A stretch of DNA of 63,123 nt, the filler included, from Octopus bimaculoides (Eukaryota), in the NCBI RefSeq assembly GCF_001194135.2. It is 4 parts of 4 records of this genome, joined end to end, with 100 filler letters (N's around TTAATTAATTAA, not from the genome) between each part and the next. Parts side by side here need not be neighbours in the genome. Positions count along the whole stretch, not along the records: positions 45,406 to 59,219 come from NC_068987.1; positions 59,320 to 63,123 come from NC_068985.1; 2 more parts are not named here. One strand, given 5' to 3'. A program made the position numbers and the translations under genes. Every line of letters begins with the position of its first letter. Position 1 is the stretch's first letter. Of the stretch, positions 53,329 through 63,123 are shown piece by piece. Below the pieces are notes generated by a model. The model was not told the origin of the DNA and did not search any database. It saw only the letters and a list, made by a program, of their open reading frames with translations.

Positions 53329-53509
53329 GTATGTGAGAATGTTTGTATGTGTGTTGTTGTTGCTGCTGCTGCTGTTGTTTAACCCTAGGTCAGGCCTGAT
53401 CAGTCAGATCTCAGATCAAAAGTATTCCAGTTGTGAATATATATATTTTAGAGGACTGTATTGTCAAATGTGTCCCCTTTGAGGGGGATTTGGTTTCTAT
53501 TTCTTGCAG

Positions 53510-53830
53510 ATTGAGTGGTAACCATGTCAAGCCTCCTTTGTTTGTGTGTGTGTGGTGGAGGTACATGTGTGTGTGTCTGATGCTCCATTTGTTGGCATAA
53601 CTTGATGAAACCAGACTGTTGCCAGTACCGCCTGACTGGCCTTCGTGCCGGCGGCACGTAAAAGCACCCACTACACTCTCGGAGTGGTTGGCATTAGGAA
53701 GGGCATCCAGCTGCAGAAACTCTGCCAAATCAGATTGGAGCCTGGCGTAGCCATCTGGCCCCACCAGTCCTCAGCCAAATCGACCAACCCATGCTAGCAT
53801 GGGAAGCGGATGTTAAACGACGATGATGTT
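53510..53830 (+). mobile_element. SINE family D with (GAT)n tail
   Basis: GGCACGTAAAAGCACCC..GGCATTAGGAAGGGCATCCAGCTG..AACCCATGCTAGCATGG..GTTAAACGACGATGATG. Related fragment at ~56870-57040. Confidence 0.7.
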
Positions 53831-53865
<35 letters not shown>

Positions 53866-53989
53866 ACGCACACGCACACACACAGAGAGAGAGCAGGTAT
53901 GTGTGTGTAGGCATGTTTCTTGTAAGGCTTTGTGTATGTGTTTTTATCTGTATGTATATTTGTGTGTGTCTGTTGTCCTCATCTTCAAC

Positions 53990-54305
53990 ATAACAAATGT
54001 TTTAATTGTCAGTTTTTATCACCATTAATAGCTACAATAATTATCATAATTTTTGCTATGGCAGCTATTATCACTGTTGTCATCATCATCAACATTATCA
54101 TCTCCATCATCACCAACATTATCATTTTCCATCATCCTCATTATTATCTCCATCATCAATATTTCCATCTTCATCATCTTCAGTGTCATCATCAGCATTA
54201 TTGTCTCCATCATTACCAACATTATCATCATCATCATTGTCATCATCCTGATTACTGAGTATTATCCCCATTTTCATCATTTTTGTTCACATCATAGTCA
54301 TCCTT
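53990..54305. repeat. Degenerate (CAT)n trinucleotide low-complexity tract in a KANK intron
   Basis: Read directly; it produces poly-His/Ile/Ser/Asp ORFs in several frames. Confidence 0.85.
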
Positions 54306-55097
54306 AACGTAAGTTAGTATCATGTGAGTGTCTAATAAAATTTACTTGTCAGTAAACGTTGTGTTAGTAAACCTTGGTTACTTATAAACCACATATTCTG
54401 GAGGAAGTAACTTATATGTAGCAATAGACTTAGTTTCCTTTCCAGTGGTATGTTGTTTCTCATCTCTTTCACAGAAGCATAATGTATGCTTTGTCTTGCC
54501 CCCACCCAACTCCAACTCCTGATGGAATTGTAGGGATGGTGTTGTGATATTTGAAGTGTCCTGGGCATTTATAGTTGTAGTGGAGTTCATTCCTGTCCAT
54601 GTTTAATCACAGCTGTTTCTTTCATAAAGAGAAAGAGGCAAACAGGCAGAAATAAAGGGAGAGAGGAAGATCTAAGAATCAATCCCAGAATGGAACTAGT
54701 AGTATATTTATTGCCCCCCCCCCAAAAAAAAATCTAAAAAAAAATGGGGTGGAGGTAATGGACAATTGTCATGGACATGTCCAACGCACAACTTCACCAG
54801 TGGGTTGGTTTGACTGTTCTATTACTATATTTCTGTTGAAACACAATTGCTTTTGATTCAATTGATTTGAAAATAATGAATTTATTAAAATAACCTTGTT
54901 GTTAGGCTGGTGTTTGGAATATAAATTAACAAGGAATTTTGATGGACGGTTTTATAATGCAAATCACTTTGAAATAGGGAATCTGTATCCTAGAACTCTG
55001 GTGGTTGGTGTCAAACAGATTGATTAATGAATGTACGTTTATGTATGTATTTGTGTCTATATTTTTGTATTTATGTGTATGTCTGTTATATTTGTAG

Positions 55098-55334
<237 letters not shown>

Positions 55335-56088
55335 TGATGATATTTATATTTTTATTGTTGTTGTTGGTGGTGGTGATGTATTTGTTTTTTTTTGTTTAGT
55401 CTCACTGGTTAACTCTGATTCAAGTATATCTGCAATCAAATATATTCCATCTGTGACCATCCCCATCTACTTTATTTTCAGTTGTGGCATATCTGGAATT
55501 ACATTGTCCAGTATGTCTTTCTTTTCTTAAAAAGGTAGGATATGATATGAAGGTGATTTGGTTGCTATTTTTAGTTGATTGTGCAATGTCTTTTGAGTTG
55601 TTTTTTGGCATTGTCAGTCAATCTATATTCTTCCATAATTGCAACCATCAACTGGAAGTTACTATCTACCTCCTTCCATACAGAAATAATTTTCATTCTT
55701 CTTTTCCTTTCATTTCACTAACTGCATATAAAATAAAAATATTAAAAAAAGTTGCATAAAAAAAACAACATATGATACACTAGTCACAAAGAAAGTAATA
55801 AAAAGTTCTTAGGAATAGAATGAAGTAGTTGATTATTGAGAATGTGTTATTCAGGCAAGTGAGGCTATCGAGAAGGATTATAGTAAAAAAAAAAACTATC
55901 ATCCTTTACTTAGATGTTTATAAGAGGAGCACTTTGTGCAAAATCATTTAAAATTTTATTCATAAATTTTAAAATATTTTTTCATGTTACTAAAGATGGT
56001 AAAGTTTTACCACAAACACATTTATTGATTACTCAACGGCATCTTTTTAACATATTTTTTTCTTACATCCGTTGAGTCTGGGAGATTT

Positions 56089-56744
56089 GCATCTTGGCAC
56101 ACAAAATGACTCCAGACAGTTTAACCTTAGATCAAGAAGAGATTTATGAGTGAAAAGCTTAACCACTTAGGTTCATCTTTGTACACAAAATGACTCCAGA
56201 CAGTTTAACCTTAGATCAAGAAGAGATTTATGAGTGAAAGCTTAACCNNNNNNNNNNTGACTCCAGACAGTTTAACCTTAGATCAAGAAGAGATTTATGA
56301 GTGAAAGCTTAACCACTTAGGTTCATCTTTGCACACAAAATGACTCCAGACAGTTTAACCTTAGATCAAGAAGAGATTTATGAGTGAAAGCTTAACCACT
56401 TAGGTTCATATTTGAACACAAAATGACTCCAGACAGTTTAACCTTAGATCAAGAAGAGATTTATGAATGAAAAGCTTAACCACTTTGGTTCATCTTTGTA
56501 CACAAAATGACTCCAGACAGTTTAACCTTAGATCAAGAAGAGATTTATGAGTGAAAGCTTAACCACTTAGGTTCATCTTTGAACACAAAATGACTCCAGA
56601 CAGTTTAACCTTAGATCAAGAGGAGATTTATGAGTGAAAGCTTAACCACTTAGGTTCATATTTGCACACAAAATGACTCCAGACAGTTTAACCTTAGATC
56701 AAGAAGAGATTTATGAGTGAAAGCTTAACCACTTAGGTTCATCT
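56089..56744. repeat. 83-84-bp minisatellite, at least 8 units, in the KANK intron between 55298 and 57061
   Basis: TGACTCCAGA anchors at 56107, 56191, 56258, 56341, 56424, 56508, 56591 and 56674. A 10-N gap lies inside the array. Confidence 0.95.
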
Positions 56745-57060
56745 TCTCCTCTTTGTATATTATTGTTATATGTTCGATGTACTTTTTCTCTTTATTACTG
56801 TTGCTTCATCTGTGTGTTCTGTTTATAATAATAGTCTAGTTTTACCTGTTATCTGATGGATGCCATATAAAATGTGCCTGTACTGGTGCCACATAAAAGC
56901 ATCCTGCTGCATTTTTATGCACCCAGTAAACTATGTAAAGTTGTTGACATTAGGAAGGACATCCAGCTGTAGAAACCAAGGAGCCGAGACAGCTCTTGAG
57001 CTGGCCAGCTCCTGTTAAACCATTCAACCCATGATGACGATTCTTTTTTCTGCATTCTAG

Positions 57061-57162
57061 GATGGACAGAATGCTTTGGCTGTTGCCATGGAGGCTGGCT
57101 ACAAAGACATTGGTGTTATACTTTATGCTCATTTGAATTTCTCAAAACAGCCTGTGTCTCCT
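57061..57162 (+). CDS. KANK: KANK-family last ankyrin exon [34 protein letters not shown]
   Basis: CTAG acceptor, GTAAG donor at 57163, 102 nt = 34 codons. Matches KANK [27 protein letters not shown] as recalled. Confidence 0.94.
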
Positions 57163-57876
57163 GTAAGTATTGTAACACATATTAAAATTTTTTTTTTTAT
57201 ATTTTCTTATTGGATAGAAATTTATTCCAGACTTTGCACAATTTTCACCATTGTGGAATTCCTTACTGACATTATCCAGTTATAGGTATGTCTAGGTTGT
57301 TGAACAGACCTATGTCCAAAGGCATTAGTCAAGCCTTGATCATCCTGACTTTGTTTTTCTTTCAGGTCTGGTGTCCCATTCAGTGGGGCAGTCTTGTAAT
57401 CTCGGTTGCTTATATACACCATGCAAACCATGTTAAGCTCTTGTGTTTTGAGGCTTAGGGTTCATCACAAATTAAAGTCTAGATTTACCCCTCACTACAT
57501 TATCCCGTGTGACCTATCTTAGATAGTTGGGTGTAATTTGAGGGTAACTTGACTGCTATTATTAAAGACTACTTTGTTGATTTAATTTTCATTGTTGTTG
57601 GTACACTACTGCTGTGTGTATCTATATTTGATATTACATCAGGTTGTAGTACATATAATATAGCTCAAGTATTGCAGGCCAAACAAACAAAGTTAGTATT
57701 TGTAGTTTTGTTGGTTAGTGGTGGCTGGGCTGATATTCAGCTTCTGTTTATGTGAATTTGCAATATTATCAAATTGAGAAAAAAAGCCCTTGTGTGTGAT
57801 GTAGTGGACTGAAGAAATATGCAAATTGAGTTTTAGAATAAGGTGATTTGTTCATGTTGTCGCTTTATTGTTGCAG

Positions 57877-57933
57877 GGTTTACACAGGAAACGAAGGACA
57901 AGTTCAGATTCTTCATCATCTGCTGCAAGGTAA
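57877..57933 (+). CDS. KANK: Probable C-terminal KANK exon GLHRKRRTSSDSSSSAAR*
   Basis: TTGCAG acceptor, phase 0. Basic/Ser-rich tail like vertebrate KANK C-termini. TAA at 57931-33 overlaps a possible AG|GTAAAT donor. Confidence 0.7.
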   Translation, partial: GLHRKRRTSSDSSSSAAR

Positions 57934-57995
57934 ATACACACACAATCTTCTCCATGCTCTTGCACCTACAGTTATACATGTTATACAGAATATAG

Positions 57996-58350
57996 GCACA
58001 GGAGGGGCTGTGTGGTAAGTAGCTTGCTTACCAACCATATGGTTCCGAGTTCAGTCCCACTGCGTGGCACCAAGTGTCTTCTACTATAGCCTCGGGCCGA
58101 CCAAAGCCTTGTGAGTGGATTTGGTAGATGGAAACTGAAAGAAGCCCGTCGTATATATGTATATGTATACATATGTGTTTGTGTTTGTTCCCCCGTATTA
58201 ACGTCCCTGTAACTTAGCGGTTCAGCAAAAGAGACCGATAGAATAAGTACTAGGCTTACAAAGAATAAGTCCTGGGGGTCGATTTGCTTGACCAAAGGCG
58301 GTGCTCCAGCATGGCCGCAGTCAAATGACTGAAACAAGTAAAAGAGTAAA
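57996..58350 (+). mobile_element. SINE family A copy
   Basis: GGCACAGGAGGGGCTGTGTGGTAAGTAGC ... CAGTCAAATGACTGAAACAAGTAAAAGAG. Confidence 0.9.
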
Positions 58351-58467
58351 AGAGAATATATATATACGCATACATACACACATATGTTTACTTATACACA
58401 TATACATACAAACACACATTTTTGTATTAAATGCTGCGATATATACAGTCCTTATTTACACATGTTG

Positions 58468-58675
58468 GTTTCAACTTTTGGCACAATGCCACCAAATTTG
58501 GGAGAGGGCTAAGTCAATTACATCGACCCCCAGTGCTCAACTGGTACTTATTTTATCAACCATGAAAGGTTACATTGACCTTGGTGGAATTTGAACTCAG
58601 AACATAAAGACAGACGAAATGCCATTAAGCATTTTTCTTGGTGTGTTAACATTTCTGCCAGCTCACCACCTTCAC
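58468..58675 (-). mobile_element. SINE family B copy
   Basis: GTTTCAACTTTTGGCAC..GGTACTTATTTTATC..GGAATTTGAACTCAG..TTCTGCCAGCTCACCACCTT. Confidence 0.8.
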
Positions 58676-59779
58676 ACGTACTAATTTTACTATTAGTATA
58701 GTGTTTAAGGCAGCGATGAGTTGGTAGATGCATAAGTGGGGAAGTATTAAAATATTTTGTGCATTGAAGAAGTATAACCAATTTATTGCACATAAATTTG
58801 AACAAAATTTTATATGGACCCCCAAGGGCTGTGTGGATCTCAGCTGGGAACCATTGGACTAGTGTTACCCTTCTGCCTAATTAAAACAAACAAACTTCTC
58901 CTTAAGGTTTTTTTATTTTTAAAAGTTAGGCTATGAGAGGTGACACTTATCTCATGATTTTCACTGGTCCTTGCAGTTAATGTCCAGTATGCAGGTAAAT
59001 ATTTGTAAATATTTTGTAAATATAATATGCAGGTAAATATTTTTTGTAAACCTAATTTGAATCAGCATGTGGTGGGGAATCAATAAGAGGTGTATAGATT
59101 AATTCCAGTTTGTAGGTTTCTGGTTTCATCACTGTCAGTTGTATTGTTTACAAATAATGTACATATTGTATATATACAATTTAAACACTTTGCGAAGTGG
59201 ACGTGTTAGCTATTAATTCNNNNNNNNNNNNNNNNNNNNNNNNNNNNNNNNNNNNNNNNNNNNTTAATTAATTAANNNNNNNNNNNNNNNNNNNNNNNNN
59301 NNNNNNNNNNNNNNNNNNNTACTTTTCGAGCACCTTCCGGAGTATTCGAGCGGTTCCAAGCAGTGCTGTTTTCTGCGAGTGATCCACCCTTATTGCAACC
59401 CCTATTTGCTCCAAGTACTTCCCGAGAATTTTGCTCACTGTTCCCATGTCTCCGACAATTATTGGTACTATTACTACCTTTTACATCGACTACAATTGCT
59501 TAATTTCTCAATCTAACCTGTCATATCTCTCGACTTTTCTTAATTCCTTATCGCATATCTTGTTGATCCAGCATAGTTTGTTTTCTTTCTCAATTAAGAC
59601 TATGTCTGACTTCCTATTCCTGCTCTCGCCCCCGCACCCTCTCCACCGTCACCATTCTCCGTGCCTTCCGTCGACTCCAGTCCGACCCCTCCACTTCGCA
59701 CATCTTCCCTATCCGACCCCTCTCCTCCTTCAAACGAGCTCACAACGTACGAGACCACTTGTCCACAGTTTCTTCCTTA

Positions 59780-60213
59780 ACCCAACCTCCCAACCCGGAT
59801 CGTTCCTCTGCTCCCGCCCACGCTGCCGCACTTGCCCTTATCTATCCAATACTACCCTCCTCTTAGGCACTCATCATCGACCCTATCATATCACTGAGTC
59901 CTTCACCGGCACTTCTAGCAACGTCATCTACTGCATCTCCTACTTTCTCTGTCCTTCTCTACACATCGGTCAAACAGGACGCCGCTTGGCTGACCGGTTC
60001 GCGGAACATCTCCGAGACATCAGACTCGGCAATGACAGTCCGGTCTCGCGCCATTTTCGCTCTACCAGTCACTCTTTACAACACCTGTCTGTGTTCGAAT
60101 TGTCCTTGCGCAGGGGCCATCCGGACTTCCACCTTCGCCGTGAGCAGGGACTAATCTTCTCTCTTCGCTCCTTTGCGCCACATGGGCTCAACTCTCCTCC
60201 ATTCTTCATCTAA
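59780..60213 (+). mobile_element. Penelope-like retroelement GIY-YIG endonuclease domain with upstream Cys knuckle (within ORF 59431-60213)
   Basis: PGSFLCSRPRCRTCPY..SFTGTSSNVIYCISYFLCPSLHIGQTGRRLADRFAEHLRDI..SPVSRHF..REQGLIFSLRSFAPHGLN. This is the VIY-x10-HIG form of GIY-YIG, with RxxEH, HF, REQ and PxGLN motifs. No RT motifs in frame upstream. Confidence 0.9.
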
Positions 60214-60997
60214 CCCCTCCTCTCTCCTCTCTTTCACTCACACCTATTTCCTCCCACCAACCTCTCCTCTCTTGCTCTGACACCTACTTCCTCTCTTCAC
60301 TCCTACCCATCTTCTCCCTTCCACCCCCTCCCTTCATAGTCACCCNNNNNNNNNNNNNNNNNNNNNNNNNNNNNNNNNNNNNNNNNNNNNNNNNNNNNNN
60401 NNNNNNNNNNNNNNNNNNNNNNNNNNNNNNNNNNNNNNNNNNNNNNNNNNNNNNNNNNNNNNNNNNNNNNNNNNNNNNNNNNNNNNNNNNNNNNNNNNNN
60501 NNNNNNNNNNNNNNNNNNNNNNNNNNNNNNNNNNNNNNNNNNNNNNNNNNNNNNNNNNNNNNNNNNNNNNNNNNNNNNNNNNNNNNNNNNNNNNNNNNNN
60601 NNNNNNNNNNNNNNNNNNNNNNNNNNNNNNNNNNNNNNNNNNNNNNNNNNNNNNNNNNNNNNNNNNNNNNNNNNNNNNNNNNNNNNNNNNNNNNNNNNNN
60701 NNNNNNNNNNNNNNNNNNNNNNNNNNNNNNNNNNNNNNNNNNNNNNNNNNNNNNNNNNNNNNNNNNNNNNNNNNNNNNNNNNNNNNNNNNNNNNNNNNNN
60801 NNNNNNNNNNNNNNNNNNNNNNNNNNNNNNNNNNNNNNNNNNNNNNNNNNNNNNNNNNNNNNNNNNNNNNNNNNNNNNNNNNNNNNNNNNNNNNNNNNNN
60901 NNNNNNNNNNNNNNNNNNNNNNNNNNNNNNNNNNNNNNNNNNNNNNNNNNNNNNNNNNNNNNNNNNNNNNNNNNNNNNNNNNNNNNNNNNNNNNNNN

Positions 60998-61031
<34 letters not shown>

Positions 61032-61044
61032 TGTGTGTCTGTGT

Positions 61045-61210
61045 TAGACAACCGATGCTGGTGTGTTTACGTCCCCGTAACTTAGCGGCTCGGCTAAAGA
61101 AACCAATAGAATAAGAACTAGGCTTGCAAAGAATAAGTCCTTGGGTCGATTTGTTCGACTAAAGGTGGTGCTACAGCATGGCCGCAGTCAATTAAAAGAA
61201 TAAAAGAATA
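61045..61210 (+). mobile_element. SINE family A 3' module
   Basis: GGTGTGTTTACGTCCCCGTAACTTAGCGG..AGAATAAG..GGGTCGATTTGTTCGACTAAAGG. Confidence 0.8.
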
Positions 61211-61829
61211 ACATCTATAATGTCTATAAAAATTGAGAACCACTCAGGCTATAATATTTTGTCTTAAAGCTATTTCTTGAACTGATTTGTATATTTAGAA
61301 AAACACAGAGCTTGCTTGATTAGTCACCTTTTTATTATTCTTTTAAGACACAAATGTCTTTGAGTCATTCTGCGATAAGATATTCTATTTGACATGCTCG
61401 TATATTTACTATGTACATTTACACACACACACACACACATTCACATACACACACGCATACATACACACACATACACGTACATACAAAGAACGCATACATA
61501 CACACTCTCACACTCATACACGTTCATACAGAGAACGCATACATACACACTCTCACACTCATAATACCGGTGTATATAACGTTTGAAATGTATATACAAG
61601 CATGGAATGCAACTAGCTGCAATAATTTGCCTCAGAGAAACTCTCAGAGAGACTTGTGTGTTAAAAAATATGTGGATATTTTTGTTTTGCTTTGCTTTTA
61701 CCTTCACAAGTCTGTTCAAGAAGTTTCCTTTGGACAAAATAGTATAGCAAAAATTCTGAATTTGTATATACATTATAAAATGTTATATACATTATCATTT
61801 TAACCTGATACTGCCTTAGTACGTATGTT

Positions 61830-61889
<60 letters not shown>

Positions 61890-62164
61890 GCTATCTATCT
61901 ATCTATCTATTTATCTATCTGTCTGTCTTTCACTTGTTACATTCAGTAGAACGCAGTCATGCTGGTGCACCGCCTGCAAACATTTTAACCGAACGTATCA
62001 ACATCAGTACTTATTTAAAAAAAACCCTGCTACCTATTTCTCTGGTCACTTTTTGTTGAACCGCTAAAATACAGGGAAAACAAATCAACACCGATTGAAA
62101 AGCGTCGTTAGGGGACAAACATAAATACACGCACATACATACATATTTATTTACATATTTATTC

Positions 62165-62229
62165 ATTTATTATTCTTTAACAAGAATAATATTGTTGATC
62201 CGTGCTATTCTTGTTAAAGAATGATAAAT
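62165..62229. repeat. 24-bp inverted repeat with 17-nt loop
   Basis: ATTTATTATTCTTTAACAAGAATA (62165-88) versus TATTCTTGTTAAAGAATGATAAAT (62206-29): one mismatch. Confidence 0.9.
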
Positions 62230-62244
62230 TTGTACTCTACAAAT

Positions 62245-62720
62245 CTAGTGAAGATGCTTCTGTATAACAGTGTGGGAGCATTCCATTTTCTCTGCCATTT
62301 CCCTTGTTGTTTGACGATAATTTTCGTGCAAAAGTTTCTTTAATCGCTCTTCATCGAACTGAACTGGACGGCCAGAACGAGGTGCGTCTATGAGGTAAAC
62401 ATTTCCATTTTTGAACTTGGCATACCAATCACGAGCGGTTCTTTCAGCAATGGCACTCTCTCCATACACAGCACAAATGTTGCGAGCAGCTTTTGCGGCC
62501 TTAGAACCTTGATTAAAAGCAAACAGAGGGATGTGCCGAAAATGCTTGTTTTTCTTAACTTGACATTCCATTTTAATGATCTGAAAATAAGCAAAAATTA
62601 ACTAAAATTAACTAGAGAAAAAACAAAATAGATTAGAAAATGATTCAAAACTAGAATTCTCGAAAAACTAGCTTCCAAAATTTAAAAAGACGGTTGGTTA
62701 TTTCTGCACTGTCCCCAGAT
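62245..62720 (-). mobile_element. 5' part of a mariner element encoding the N-terminal HTH domains, 3' truncated
   Basis: ORF 62245-62571: MECQVKKNKHFRHI..KAAKAARNICAVYG..RTARDWYAKFKNG..DAPRSGRP..RQTTREMAEKM..VIQKHLH*. The catalytic domain is absent. Confidence 0.9.
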
Positions 62721-63123
62721 TGACACCCAAGCACTCTGAAATGTTTGTGTTGGAGCTTCGGTGCGAATGCCAAGCAGTACAGCATGTCATTTCCAAATTT
62801 ATGGCCAAATGAACTGCGTCATGGCGCTGTTTTTCTCACAGATGGTGCCCATATAACCCAACTATACTGTGTAGACTACAAAATAAAAGACAAGCAATGC
62901 GCATGCGAGAAATCAAAACTATAAAATGGCGGCATTTTACCCATCGCACCATGTATAGATAGATAGATAGATAGATAGACAGATAGACAGATAGATAGAT
63001 AGATAGATACATTTCTTTTATTAGCCACACAGGGCTCAACGAAGATGGGACAAATACAATGTAGAGCTTTTCTTTTTGGGAGGGGGAAGGGGAAAAAAAG
63101 GGGGGGGTCGATCAAAAGGGATC

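Noticed and set aside
53932-54307. Poly-His/Ser/Ile/Asp ORFs in several frames
   Set aside because: By-product of a degenerate (CAT)n tract inside a KANK intron; both strands are open.
56089-56744. Regular repeat array as a possible CRISPR
   Set aside because: Units are contiguous with no unique spacers, there are no cas genes, and the context is a eukaryotic intron.
57981-58379. ORFs such as ...RRASFSFHLPNPLTRLWSARGYSRRHL (also 45358-45738, 34538-34941, 6096-6302)
   Set aside because: Recurring peptides are translations of SINE family A copies, not a protein family.

Overview
Repeat-rich, gappy animal genomic DNA. The SINE families and microsatellite density point to an octopus draft assembly (inference, no search run). 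The one confidently identified host gene is the 3' half of a KANK-family ankyrin-repeat gene: six + strand coding exons at 47913-57933, with canonical splice sites and consistent phases. It lies in a CpG-poor block bounded by two artificial 100-nt spacer gaps. The rest is mostly mobile-element debris: a Buster-type hAT transposase split by a SINE with target-site duplications, two mariner remnants, a Penelope-like GIY-YIG endonuclease ORF, a CR1/L2-like RT remnant, several tRNA-derived SINE families, an hAT MITE, an 83-bp minisatellite and many microsatellites. The most interesting signal is five minimal type I hammerhead-ribozyme-like motifs in two families. One family is fused behind a tRNA-derived Pol III head (retrozyme-like SINE); the other lies in inverted Penelope-like termini. 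Every copy is partly degenerate, but each family consensus folds. There are also low-confidence orphan Cys-rich (PAN-like) exons in the first 45 kb. No prokaryotic features or CRISPR arrays were found.
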